Source of the DNA: Acidimicrobiia bacterium
GTDB taxonomy: Bacteria > Actinomycetota > Acidimicrobiia > Spongiisociales > UBA11373
Assembly (NCBI GenBank): GCA_041572755.1
Contig: JBFFRY010000010.1
Location: 2,269 to 66,268 of the forward strand
Direction of reading: 5' to 3'
Length of the DNA stretch: 64,000 nucleotides
Part shown: piece by piece, positions 45,206-54,403 of the stretch
Numbering within the stretch: position 1 is the first letter of the stretch
Layout of the letters: the number at the start of each line of letters is the position of its first letter
The notes under the pieces: generated by a model
Databases searched by the model: none
What the model saw: the letters and a program-made list of their open reading frames with translations, nothing else
Told to the model about the DNA's origin: nothing
Position numbers and translations under genes: made by a program

Positions 45206-47395
45206 GTGACCGCCATCACCGCCACCACCGGTCGGCGCCGCGAGTTCAGGCTCGTGGGCTGGGTCGTGCTCATTGGTGCGGCTGCCGTTGCCCTCTTGGT
45301 GATGCGTCCCGACCAGATCTTCCGGGCCAACACCCCGACCGGGGGCGACATGGGGGCGCACGTCCTCATCCCGGCCTATCTGCGGGACACGTTGCTGGCC
45401 GACGGCCGGATCATGGGGTGGAGCAACGACTGGTATGCCGGGTTCCCGATCCTCTACTTCTACTTCCCTATCCCGGCACTGACCATCGTGCTGTTCGATC
45501 TGGTGCTCCCCTACGGAGTGGCCTTCAAGATCGTCACCGTCGCCGGGCTGGTGGGCCTTCCCTTCGCCTCCTACTACTTCGCACGGTCGATGGGCTTCGC
45601 CCGGCCGGTGTCGCTGGTCGGCGGTGTGGCCGGGGCCACCTTCGTGTTCATGGAGAGCCGGTTCCCCGATACCGGGCAGATCTACAGCATCTTCGGGGGC
45701 AACACCCTGTCCACGCTGGCGGGGGAGTACTCCTTCTCGTGGTCCTTTGCGCTCTCCCTCGTCTACCTGGGGATGGTGATCCGCAACACCCGCCAGGGCC
45801 GGGGGTTCACCGTGGGGGCCGGGGTGGTCCTGGCGCTGGCCGCCCTCAGCCACGTGATCACGACCCTGGTGGTCGTGGTCGCCTCCCTCCCGTTGTTGTT
45901 CCGGCGCAAGGGCACCGCGGCCGTCACCGGGGCCTGGGCGCTGGGGTTCGGGCTGGCCGCCTTCTGGGCGGTGCCGCTGCTGATGCGGGTCCAGGACTAC
46001 ACCACCGACATGGGGTGGAACCCGGTGCAGGGGCATTGGAAGGTCTTCCCGGGCGATCTGTGGCCGATGCTGCTGTTGGGGGCCGTGGGACTGCTGTGGG
46101 CCGCCGCCCGCAAGGCCACGATCGGGCCGGCCCTGGTGCTCATGGTCTTCCCGATCATCGGGTACTACGGCCTGGAGTACCTCGACTGGACCAAGCTCTA
46201 CAACGCCCGGCTGTTGCCCTACTGGTACTACGTGATCTACCTGTTTGCCGGTATCGCAGTGGGTCTGGCAGTGGTGGCGATCGTGCGAAGGGGGCCCTCC
46301 CGAGGCCTGGCCGTCTGGCTGGCCACCGGGGTGGCCTCCGCCTTCTTCCTGGTGGTCGGGGGCGTCGGGGTCTCCAGGGCTCCGGCCTGGGCGAACTGGA
46401 ACTACAGCGGCTACGAGGCCAAGGAGGGGTGGCAGGAGTACGAGGCCCTCATCGCCGAGATCGACCGCTTGCCGCCCGGCCGGGTCATGTGGGAGGCCTA
46501 CAGCGAGTTCTACAACCGGTACGGGACGCCCATGGCGCTCATGCTGACCGGCTATTGGAGCGAGGGCCACCCGTCCATGGAGGGCCTGCTGTTCGAGTCG
46601 TCGATCACGACGCCTTTCCACTTCCTGAATGCCGCCGAGGTGAGCGAGAACCCCTCGAATCCGATCGGTGGGCTTCGCTACCACCGGCTCGACTTCGAGC
46701 GGGCGGTACCCCATCTGATGCTCTACGACGTCGCCTACTACGTGGCGACGACCGATGCCGCCAACGAGAAGGCGGCCGAGGCGGGCCTCGAGGTGCTCGC
46801 CGAGGTCGACCCTTTCACCGTCTACGCCCTCCCCGAGGCGGATCTCGTCGAGGTGGGGTCCTGGGAGCCGGCGGTCTGGGGTGAGGATGGCGGCTTCGTC
46901 GACGCCGCCTTGGAGTGGTACGACGACATCGAGCTCCTGGATCGATGGTTGGTGGCCGAAGGGCCGGACGATTGGCGCCGGATCGATGAAGCCACAGACC
47001 CGGGTCGGCGCTCGGTGCGCATCGAGGGTGCGGTGGACGACGTGGTGCTGGAGGACCACCGCATCTCGTTCCGGACCACGGCGGTCGGTGCCCCCCACCT
47101 CGTGAAGGTGTCGCATTTCCCCAATTGGCAGGCCACCGGCGCCGAGGGCCCCTATCGGGCGGCTCCCTCATTGATGGTCGTCGTGCCGACGCAGGAAGAG
47201 GTGACGATCGAGTTCCGCAACACCGCCGCGGAGAACGGCGGCATGCTGCTCACCGTGATCACCCTCTTGGGCTTGGCCGCCTGGGGGGTGGTGCGGTGGC
47301 GGCGGCGCCAAACCGCGCTAGCGCTCCCGCCACAGGTGGAGGCGGATGCGCAGCAGGCCGACGATGGTGCGGGGGACTCGTCGCAGGAGGCCTGA
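45206..47395 (+). CDS. GT-C-like polytopic membrane protein (PTPS-related/YfhO-like)
   Basis: TGGDMGAH, GWSNDWYAGFP..YFYFP, GGN..STLAGEYSFS, about 11 TMs, GRVMWE, VKVSHFPNW. Confidence 0.78.
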   Translation: MTAITATTGRRREFRLVGWVVLIGAAAVALLVMRPDQIFRANTPTGGDMGAHVLIPAYLRDTLLADGRIMGWSNDWYAGFPILYFYFPIPALTIVLFDLVLPYGVAFKIVTVAGLVGLPFASYYFARSMGFARPVSLVGGVAGATFVFMESRFPDTGQIYSIFGGNTLSTLAGEYSFSWSFALSLVYLGMVIRNTRQGRGFTVGAGVVLALAALSHVITTLVVVVASLPLLFRRKGTAAVTGAWALGFGLAAFWAVPLLMRVQDYTTDMGWNPVQGHWKVFPGDLWPMLLLGAVGLLWAAARKATIGPALVLMVFPIIGYYGLEYLDWTKLYNARLLPYWYYVIYLFAGIAVGLAVVAIVRRGPSRGLAVWLATGVASAFFLVVGGVGVSRAPAWANWNYSGYEAKEGWQEYEALIAEIDRLPPGRVMWEAYSEFYNRYGTPMALMLTGYWSEGHPSMEGLLFESSITTPFHFLNAAEVSENPSNPIGGLRYHRLDFERAVPHLMLYDVAYYVATTDAANEKAAEAGLEVLAEVDPFTVYALPEADLVEVGSWEPAVWGEDGGFVDAALEWYDDIELLDRWLVAEGPDDWRRIDEATDPGRRSVRIEGAVDDVVLEDHRISFRTTAVGAPHLVKVSHFPNWQATGAEGPYRAAPSLMVVVPTQEEVTIEFRNTAAENGGMLLTVITLLGLAAWGVVRWRRRQTALALPPQVEADAQQADDGAGDSSQEA

Positions 47396-48016
47396 GCGGG
47401 CCGGCCGCTCCTCGATGACCGTGACCGGTAGTTCGATGATGCGGTAGCCATCGCGTTCCGCCCTGATCACGAGTTCGGTGTCGAACAGATCGAGGGTGGA
47501 GTTCACGAAGGGGACGACGCTCTCGATCACCGTGCGTCGGACGAGCTTCATGCCGTGGGTGTCGCTCACCCGGGAACCGAACAGCCAGCGCAGCAGGCGG
47601 TTGAAGACGAAGGTTCCAAGCCGGCGAAGGCTGCTGCGCCGGTCGTCGGAGGCCGGGTCCCTCTTGGATGCGAGCACGATGTCGGCCCGGTCGGCCGACG
47701 CCAGCCCGTCGGCGAGGAAGGCCCCGGAGAAGTAGTCGATGTCGAAGTTGGCCACCCACTCCGTGCTGGCGGCCCGGAAGCCGGCTCGCATGGCGGCGCC
47801 GTAGTTCGCCTCGGGGATCCGGATGACCTCGATGCGGTCGTTGCGGGCGGCGAGATCGAGGGCGATCCCTGCGGTGCCGTCGACCGAACCGTTCTCGGCG
47901 AGTATCACGGTGGTCTCGGCGGGCACGTCGTCGAGCTCGGCGAGGAGGCGAGGCAAGGCATCGGCCAGGTAGGCGGCCTCGTTGTGGATGGGGACGACGA
48001 TGCTGATGGTGGTCAC
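47318..48016 (-). CDS. GT2 glycosyltransferase (polyprenol-phosphate sugar synthase-like)
   Basis: SIVVPIHNEA, ENGSVDGT, YGAAMRAG, FDID, SDTHGMK, FDTEL, ELPV. Confidence 0.85.
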   Translation of the reverse strand: MTTISIVVPIHNEAAYLADALPRLLAELDDVPAETTVILAENGSVDGTAGIALDLAARNDRIEVIRIPEANYGAAMRAGFRAASTEWVANFDIDYFSGAFLADGLASADRADIVLASKRDPASDDRRSSLRRLGTFVFNRLLRWLFGSRVSDTHGMKLVRRTVIESVVPFVNSTLDLFDTELVIRAERDGYRIIELPVTVIEERPARSGLLRRVPRTIVGLLRIRLHLWRER

Positions 48017-48024
48017 GGGGGGCG

Positions 48025-48063
48025 ATTCTATTGGCGGGGCGGCGACCCCGGGGCCCGTAGAAT
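48025..48063. promoter_or_regulatory. Divergent promoter pair with TAGAAT on both strands
   Basis: ATTCTA 48025-48030 (minus-strand TAGAAT, 8 nt before GTG 48016); TAGAAT 48058-48063 (10 nt before ATG 48074). Confidence 0.55.
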
Positions 48064-48073
48064 GCGGCGTTGC

Positions 48074-49423
48074 ATGGACCTCGATGCGATCTTCAAGGCC
48101 TACGACGTGCGCGGCCTGGTCCCCGAACAGCTCGACGATGAGGCGGCGATGCGGATCGGGGCCGCCTTTGCCCGGTTCGCCGAATCCGATCGCATTGCGG
48201 TCGGTCGCGACTGCCGGGAGTCGTCCCCGGGCCTGGCGGATGCCCTCAAGGGCGGCATCACCTCGCAGGGCGTCGACGTCGACGACCTCGGGATGATCAC
48301 CACCGACATGGTCTACTACGCCGCCGGGGCGCTGGACCGGCCGGGGGCCATGATCACCGCTTCGCACAACCCCAAGGGCTACAACGGGATCAAGTTGTGT
48401 CTGGCCGGCGCCGCCCCCGTCGGGATCGAGAGCGGGCTCGTCGAGGTGAAGCGGATGGCCGCCGGGGAGCTCGTGGCGGCACCGGAGGCGGGGCGGGTGG
48501 AGCCTCGGGGCGTGCTCGGCGACTATCTGGAGCACATGGCGTCCATCATCGACGTCGATTCGGTGGCTCCCCTCAGGGTGGCGGTGGACGGGGGGAACGG
48601 GGTGGCCGGGGTGGCGCTTCCCGGGGTGTTCGATCGCCTCCCGGCGGAGCTCATCGGCTTGTACCTGGAGCCGGACGGCACCTTCCCCAACCACCATCCC
48701 GATCCCCTTCGGCCCGAGAATCTCGCCGACCTGGAAGCGTTGATGAGGAGCGAGAGGCCCGATCTGGGGGTGGCGTTCGACGGCGACGCCGATAGAGCGT
48801 TCTTCATCGACGACCGGTTGCACCCTCTCCCGGGCAGCACGATCACGGGGATGATCGCCTCGTGGTTCCTGGAGCGGGAGCCGGGCTCGACGATCGTGCA
48901 CAACCTCATCTGCAGCCGGGCGGTGCCCGACCTGGTGACGGCCGCCGGCGGCACCCCGGTGCGCACCCGGGTGGGTCACTCGTTCATCAAGGGCGTGATG
49001 AAGGACACCGGAGCGGTGTTCGGTGGGGAGCACTCCGGCCACTACTACTTTCGGGACAACTTCAGGGCCGACTCGGGGATCCTGGCGATGCTGGTGCTTC
49101 TCCAACTGCTCTCGGAGGAGGGCCGGCCGCTCTCGGAGGTGCGGACTCGCTTCGAGCCGTTCGCCCAGTCGGGCGAGATCAACTTCTCGGTCGAGAATCA
49201 GCAGGCGGCGACCGCCGCGGTGGCAGCCGCGTTCGGCGACGGTGAGCAGGATCGGTTGGACGGTCTCACCGTCTCCTGGGAGGACCGGTGGTTCAACCTG
49301 CGCCCCTCGAACACGGAGCCGGTGCTGAGGCTCAATGTGGAGGCTCCCGATCCGGAGGGGGTCGGCGGTCTGGTCGCCGCGGTCGAGGACGTCATCGAGG
49401 AGGCCAACCGTGCCGGTGCCTGA
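48074..49423 (+). CDS. manB: Phosphomannomutase/phosphoglucomutase
   Basis: IFKAYDVRG, TASHNP, FDGDADR, GGEHSGHYYF, RPSNTEP. Confidence 0.93.
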   Translation: MDLDAIFKAYDVRGLVPEQLDDEAAMRIGAAFARFAESDRIAVGRDCRESSPGLADALKGGITSQGVDVDDLGMITTDMVYYAAGALDRPGAMITASHNPKGYNGIKLCLAGAAPVGIESGLVEVKRMAAGELVAAPEAGRVEPRGVLGDYLEHMASIIDVDSVAPLRVAVDGGNGVAGVALPGVFDRLPAELIGLYLEPDGTFPNHHPDPLRPENLADLEALMRSERPDLGVAFDGDADRAFFIDDRLHPLPGSTITGMIASWFLEREPGSTIVHNLICSRAVPDLVTAAGGTPVRTRVGHSFIKGVMKDTGAVFGGEHSGHYYFRDNFRADSGILAMLVLLQLLSEEGRPLSEVRTRFEPFAQSGEINFSVENQQAATAAVAAAFGDGEQDRLDGLTVSWEDRWFNLRPSNTEPVLRLNVEAPDPEGVGGLVAAVEDVIEEANRAGA

Positions 49424-49586
49424 TGAGCTCCTCGAGATCATGATCTGTCCCGAGTGCGGTGGCGGCCTCGACGACCGGGGCGAGGCCCTGGTGTGCCGCG
49501 AGTGTGGTCTCCACTACCCGGTTCGCGATGGGATCCCGGTCATGCTGCCCGAAGAGGCCTACCGTCCCGGCGAGGAGGCACCGTGA
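49410..49586 (+). CDS. Trm112 family protein
   Basis: LLEIMICPEC...LVCRECGLHYPVRDGIPVML. GAGGAGG RBS. Confidence 0.87.
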   Translation: MPVPDELLEIMICPECGGGLDDRGEALVCRECGLHYPVRDGIPVMLPEEAYRPGEEAP

Positions 49587-50581
49587 GGAACCTGATCGCC
49601 GAACTCCCGGCCCAGCTGCGCTGGGCCGCCGAAGTGAGCCTCATCGATGGGATCGAGGCCGAGGAGGCTCTGGTGGCGGGGATGGGGGGTTCCGGTATCG
49701 CCGGGGACATCGCCGCCGTGGTCGCCGAGGAGCGGGGCCGGCGTTCCTCGGTGCACAAGTCCTACGGGTTGCCGGGATGGGCGAAGCGGACGGATCCGCT
49801 GGTCGTGCTCGTCAGCCACAGTGGTGACACCGAGGAGACCCTGTCGGCGGCGGCTGCGGCGCTGAGCGCCGGAATCCGGCCGGCGGCGGTGACCACCGGG
49901 GGCCGGCTCGGTGACATGGCGGCCGAGAAGGGCTGGCCGCTGGTGATGGCGCCTCCGGGACCGCAACCTCGGGCCGCGGTCGGCTATCTGGCGGGAGGGG
50001 TGCTCCGCCTCCTGGAGAGCGCCGGGATGCTCCAGGGCACCGCCGATGATCTTCGCGAGGCCGCCGCCGTCGTGGAACGCCTTCTCGGTGGTGGGGATGG
50101 CCCGGCGGTGGCTCTCGCCGCCGATCTGGCGGAGGCACTCGAGGGCCGGGTGGCCGTCATCTACGGCGAGCACGGTCTGGCGGCGGTGGCTGCCAACCGC
50201 TGGAAGACTCAGCTCAATGAGAACGGGAAGGCGCCGGCCTACTGGTCGGTGCTCCCCGAACTGAACCACAACGAGATCGTCGGCTGGGACGCCTTCCCCG
50301 AGCTCGGCCGGGATCGGGTCGGCGTGGTGACGCTGTGCGATCGCGAGGCCCACCCCAGGGTGGCCTTGCGGGCCCGACTGACCACCGAGTCGATCGAGGG
50401 CAGGGTCGCCGTCGCCGGTGAGGTGGAGGCACAGGGCGAGAGCGCGCTGGCCCGGTTGTTCAGCTTGTTCGTGATCGGCGATCTGGTGTCGGTCTCGGTC
50501 GCCGAGCGAGCCGGAGTCGATCCGATGACGGTGGAGCCGATCGCAGCCCTGAAACGCCGTCTCGCCGAGGAGGAAGGATGA
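49583..50581 (+). CDS. Bifunctional phosphoglucose/phosphomannose isomerase (SIS domain)
   Basis: GMGGSGIAGD, SHSGDTEET, TTGG, QPRAA, RWKTQLNENGK, PELNHNEIVG. Confidence 0.9.
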   Translation: MRNLIAELPAQLRWAAEVSLIDGIEAEEALVAGMGGSGIAGDIAAVVAEERGRRSSVHKSYGLPGWAKRTDPLVVLVSHSGDTEETLSAAAAALSAGIRPAAVTTGGRLGDMAAEKGWPLVMAPPGPQPRAAVGYLAGGVLRLLESAGMLQGTADDLREAAAVVERLLGGGDGPAVALAADLAEALEGRVAVIYGEHGLAAVAANRWKTQLNENGKAPAYWSVLPELNHNEIVGWDAFPELGRDRVGVVTLCDREAHPRVALRARLTTESIEGRVAVAGEVEAQGESALARLFSLFVIGDLVSVSVAERAGVDPMTVEPIAALKRRLAEEEG

Positions 50582-51825
50582 ACCACGACATCGCCGACGG
50601 AAGCCTGGCTCCCGAGGGTGCGCTTCGCATCGAGTGGGCTGCCGGGCGGATGCCGGTGCTGGCGGCGCTGCGGGAGCGTTTCGCCGCCGAGCGCCCCCTG
50701 GATGGGGCCAGGATCGGGGCCTGCCTCCACGTGACGGCAGAGACGGCCAACCTCATGGGGGTTCTGCGCGCCGGGGGAGCCGAGGTGGCGCTGTGCGCCT
50801 CCAACCCGCTGAGCACTCAGGACGACGTGGCCGCCGCCCTGGTCGCCGACGGTGTGGATGTGTTCGCCGTGCGGGGTGAGGACTCTGCCCGCTACTACGA
50901 CCACATCAGGGCGGTGCTCGATCGTGAGCCGCATATCACGATGGATGACGGGGCGGACCTGGTCACCACCTTGCTGCGGGAGCGGCCCGGCCAGGATCCC
51001 GTCGGATCGACCGAGGAGACGACCACCGGGGTGATCCGTCTCCGGGCCATGGACGCCGACGGGGTGCTCCGTTTCCCGGTGGTTGCCGTCAACGACTCCG
51101 ACACCAAGCACCTCTTCGACAACCGCCACGGGACCGGGCAGTCGGCCCTCGACGGGATCATGCGGGCCACCAACCTGTTGTTCGCCGGCAAGACCGTGGT
51201 GGTCGTCGGGTTCGGCGATTGCGGCGTCGGCGTGGCAGCTCGGGCCGCCGGCCTGGGGGCTGCGGTGGTGGTGGTGGAGGTCGATCCGGTCCGGGCGCTG
51301 TCGGCGGCCATGGAGGGGTATCGGGTGATGACGGCCGCCGACGCCGCGGCGGTGGGCGACGTGTTTGTGACGGTCACCGGCAACCTCCACGTGCTGCGAA
51401 GCGAGCACTTTGCTGTGATGAAGGACGGTGCGGTGCTGGCGAACGCCGGGCACTTCGACGTCGAGTTGGACCTCTCGGCCCTCGAAGGAGAGGCGACCGG
51501 GAGACGGCGGATCCGTCACGAGCTGGATGAGTGGACCATGCCCGACGGCCGCAGGGTGCTGGTGGTCGCCGAGGGGCGGCTGGTGAATCTGGGAGCCGCC
51601 GAGGGCCACCCGGCCGAGGTGATGGACATGTCGTTCGGGAATCAGGCTCTGGCCGCCGAGTGGCTGCTGCAGAACGGCGCCGACCTGGAGCCCCGGGTCT
51701 ATCGCCTTCCGAAGCACCTGGACGCTGAGGTGGCCTCGATCGCCCTCGAGCGTCTTGGGGGAGGACTGGAGCAACTCACCCCGGAACAGGAGCGGTACCT
51801 GTCCTCCTGGGAGGAAGGGACCTAG
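50578..51825 (+). CDS. ahcY: Adenosylhomocysteinase
   Basis: CLHVTAETANL, SNPLSTQD, EETTTG, KHLFDNRHGTGQS, NAGHFDVE, GRLVNL, GHPAEVMDMSF. Confidence 0.95.
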   Translation: MNHDIADGSLAPEGALRIEWAAGRMPVLAALRERFAAERPLDGARIGACLHVTAETANLMGVLRAGGAEVALCASNPLSTQDDVAAALVADGVDVFAVRGEDSARYYDHIRAVLDREPHITMDDGADLVTTLLRERPGQDPVGSTEETTTGVIRLRAMDADGVLRFPVVAVNDSDTKHLFDNRHGTGQSALDGIMRATNLLFAGKTVVVVGFGDCGVGVAARAAGLGAAVVVVEVDPVRALSAAMEGYRVMTAADAAAVGDVFVTVTGNLHVLRSEHFAVMKDGAVLANAGHFDVELDLSALEGEATGRRRIRHELDEWTMPDGRRVLVVAEGRLVNLGAAEGHPAEVMDMSFGNQALAAEWLLQNGADLEPRVYRLPKHLDAEVASIALERLGGGLEQLTPEQERYLSSWEEGT

Positions 51826-51834
51826 CGGCCGGCC

Positions 51835-53601
51835 TCAGCCCACCGGCTCCCGAAGGTCGAGCACGGCGCGATCGGCCGACTCGATGACGTCGATGATCTC
51901 CCGGTCGACCAGCTCATCACGTTCCAGCAGCCCATCGCGGAGCGCTTCGATGAGATGGCGGTTGGCGCCGAGGAGGGTGGTGACCGCCCGCTTCTGTTCG
52001 TCGAGGAGCTCTTCGAGGGCGGTGCGGGCCCGGTCGTCGGCGAGCACGATCGACACCAGGTCGCCACCGAATGGACCCCCGTCGGCGGCCCGGAAGGAGG
52101 CGAGCGATCCGCCGAGGCCGAGACCGCCGACCATCTCGGCGGCGATCCGGGTCGCCGCGGCCAAGTCCCCCCCGGGTCCGGTGCCCGACTCGCCGTAGAA
52201 CAGTTCCTCGGCCACCATCCCGCCGAGTGAGATCTGGATCATGGCCAGCGCTTCGGAGCGGCGCTGGGTGTAGCGCTCCTCCTTCTGGCTGTGGGCCAGC
52301 AGACCGAGCGCGTCCTTGCGCTTGACGATCGACAGCACGTCGAGCTTGCGGGTCTTGCCGACCAAGTAGGCGACCACGGCATGTCCCGATTCGTGGGTGG
52401 CGATCGTTTCCCGTTCCTCGGGTGTGTACTCGGCCGGTTCGGCGAGGCCGATCTCCACGTCGAGGCGGGCCCGGCGCAGGTCGCTCACCCCGAGCTCTGC
52501 CCGGTCGTCGCGGAGGGCGAAGAGGAGTGCTTCATCGAAGAGACGTTCGAGGGATGCCGGCGAGTAGCCGATCGTCGAGGCGGCCAGGTCGTCTCGGGCG
52601 GTGTCGTCGACCGTCTCGTCGTGTGCCTTGCGGGCCAGGAAGTAGTCGATGAGCTCGCGACGCTCTTTGCGGGCCGGGAGCGGGAAGTGGAAGGTGCGGT
52701 CGAACCGGCCCGGGCGCAGCAGGGCGGGGTCGAGTGAGTCGGCCCGGTTGGTGGCACCGATGAGCAGGATGTTGGCGAATGGGGCCACCCGGGTGCGGAT
52801 CTGACGATGCTGGGGCAGGAACTTGTTGAACGCTCGGATGATGGCGTTGCGGAACTTCATGCTGCGAGGGGGTTCGTCGAAGCTCTGCATCTGCACCAGG
52901 AGTTCGTTGACGACCCCGCCGACACCTTCGGAGATGGCGGAACGCTCGACGGTGCGGCCGTCCATGCGGCTCATGCCGCCCCGCTTGACGCCGATGGCGT
53001 CGAATTCCTCGATGAACCCGATGGCGCCGCCTTCGGCGCGGGCCACCTTGCGGAGGCGGCGGAAGTAGGAGCGGATCTTGCGGGCGGTCGCCCCGTACCA
53101 CATGCTCTGGAATGCGGTGGAGGAGACGAAGAGGAACGGGACGCCTGCCTCGCGGGCCATCGCCTTGGCGGTGTGCGTCTTGCCCGTGCCGGGGGGGCCT
53201 TCGAAGAGGACGCCGCGGCGTGGCTGGCCGCCCATCTGGTCGCGGAAGTGGCGGTGGTTGAGGAACACGTCGAGGGTGTGGCGGACTTCGCCGAGCACCG
53301 GTCCGAGTCCCTTGACGTCGTCGAACCCGACCTCGATCTGTTCGGGGAGGTAGATGGTCTCCGGGGAGCGTCCGCTGCCGAGCATCGGGCCCACCAGCAC
53401 GACTCCGATGAGGAGGATGATCAGGATGCCGGGCAGCCAGATGATCGCTTCCGGTGGGAGATTGGGCCAGCCGGGGGAGACCGGGTTGCCGTCGAGGATG
53501 CGCAGCCACATCCAGAGAACCAGCGGCGAGAGGATCCAGGCGACCTTGCGGAGCCTGCGGCGCCGTTGGCGTTCCCTGGTGACCTGTACGTCGACCGCCA
53601 T
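51835..53601 (-). CDS. FtsH-like membrane AAA+ zinc metalloprotease
   Basis: Two N-terminal TMs, GPPGTGKT, FIEEFD, ATNRADSLDPALLRPGRFDR, HESGH, LGGMVAEEL. Confidence 0.88.
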   Translation of the reverse strand: MAVDVQVTRERQRRRRLRKVAWILSPLVLWMWLRILDGNPVSPGWPNLPPEAIIWLPGILIILLIGVVLVGPMLGSGRSPETIYLPEQIEVGFDDVKGLGPVLGEVRHTLDVFLNHRHFRDQMGGQPRRGVLFEGPPGTGKTHTAKAMAREAGVPFLFVSSTAFQSMWYGATARKIRSYFRRLRKVARAEGGAIGFIEEFDAIGVKRGGMSRMDGRTVERSAISEGVGGVVNELLVQMQSFDEPPRSMKFRNAIIRAFNKFLPQHRQIRTRVAPFANILLIGATNRADSLDPALLRPGRFDRTFHFPLPARKERRELIDYFLARKAHDETVDDTARDDLAASTIGYSPASLERLFDEALLFALRDDRAELGVSDLRRARLDVEIGLAEPAEYTPEERETIATHESGHAVVAYLVGKTRKLDVLSIVKRKDALGLLAHSQKEERYTQRRSEALAMIQISLGGMVAEELFYGESGTGPGGDLAAATRIAAEMVGGLGLGGSLASFRAADGGPFGGDLVSIVLADDRARTALEELLDEQKRAVTTLLGANRHLIEALRDGLLERDELVDREIIDVIESADRAVLDLREPVG

Positions 53602-53637
53602 CTCGGCCCCGCTTCCTGCTCGTAGAGTGTCAGCGTA

Positions 53638-53703
53638 ACTACTCTGAGTAGTGATAGCGAGGTGATGTGATGGTCATTCTCCGGCCGGGGAGTGACTAGT
53701 CAC
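53638..53703. promoter_or_regulatory. AT-rich divergent control region with palindromes ACTACTC-T-GAGTAGT and GTGACTAGTCAC
   Basis: Palindromes at 53638-53652 and 53692-53703. Confidence 0.5.
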
Positions 53704-53725
53704 AGCCGGGTGTCACCGTGAGGGC

Positions 53726-54271
53726 ATGGGCGACCTTCGCAGCGTCGGCAGGCCGGCACCGGCCCGGCTGGAACCGGTCGGCAGCCGCCGCCTTCCCGGC
53801 GGCACGGTGGTGCGGTCGGCGGGGCGGCACGCCGGGGAGGCCCGGCGGCTGGTCCATCTCCTCAAGTACCGGGGGCACGTGGGGGTGGCCCGGGTGCTGG
53901 CCGGGGCGATGGCCGATCTCATGGACCCTCGAGCGCGGGTCCTGGTGCCGGTGCCCCGCACGCTGGTGAGGCTGTGGCACTACGGCATCGACCCGGCAGC
54001 CGAGCTCGCCGAGGCCCTCGGCGCGTTGACCGAGCTCCCGGTGATGCGTGCCCTGTGGCGGCCGCTGTGGTGGCCACCGCGGGCCGGGCCCGCCCCGCAG
54101 CTGCGGGGAGAGCCCCGATTCCGGTTGCGCCGACCCGTGGTCGGCGCGGTGCTCATCGATGATGTGGTCACCACCGGCCGCACCCTCGGAGCCGCCGCCG
54201 AGGCACTGGGGGGAGCCGTCTCCGCGGTCACCGCCACCTCCGCCTCCCCGACTGGTGCGCCCTCGGTATAG
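53726..54271 (+). CDS. comF: ComF-family phosphoribosyltransferase-like protein (no N-terminal Zn ribbon)
   Basis: ARRLVHLLKYRG, LVPVP, G.DPA.ELA, VLIDDVVTTGRTL. Syntenic with hpf. Confidence 0.8.
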   Translation: MGDLRSVGRPAPARLEPVGSRRLPGGTVVRSAGRHAGEARRLVHLLKYRGHVGVARVLAGAMADLMDPRARVLVPVPRTLVRLWHYGIDPAAELAEALGALTELPVMRALWRPLWWPPRAGPAPQLRGEPRFRLRRPVVGAVLIDDVVTTGRTLGAAAEALGGAVSAVTATSASPTGAPSV

Positions 54272-54282
54272 TGAGTGCACGG

Positions 54283-54392
54283 CCCTTCAGGGCGAACCGA
54301 GCGTTGGAGCGTGCGTGTCGCAGCGACCGCATCGTCGATCAATCCGATGCTCTCCACCGCGGTCCCGGGAGGGATTCGGCGCGCCCTGAGGA
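54283..54392 (+). ncRNA. Candidate structured RNA leader of hpf/raiA
   Basis: Nested complementarity: TCAGGGCG/CGCCCTGA, CCGA/TCGG, TGGAG/CTCCA, GTCG/CGAC, GCATCG/CGATGC and TCCC-GGGA-GGGA. TATAGT at 54267-54272. Confidence 0.55.
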
Positions 54393-54403
54393 AAGGAGAT
54401 CCT

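Noticed and set aside
45206-47395. 6-pyruvoyl-tetrahydropterin synthase activity linking to the pterin theme
   Set aside because: The family name is historical. This is a polytopic membrane protein without the T-fold or catalytic motifs of PTPS.
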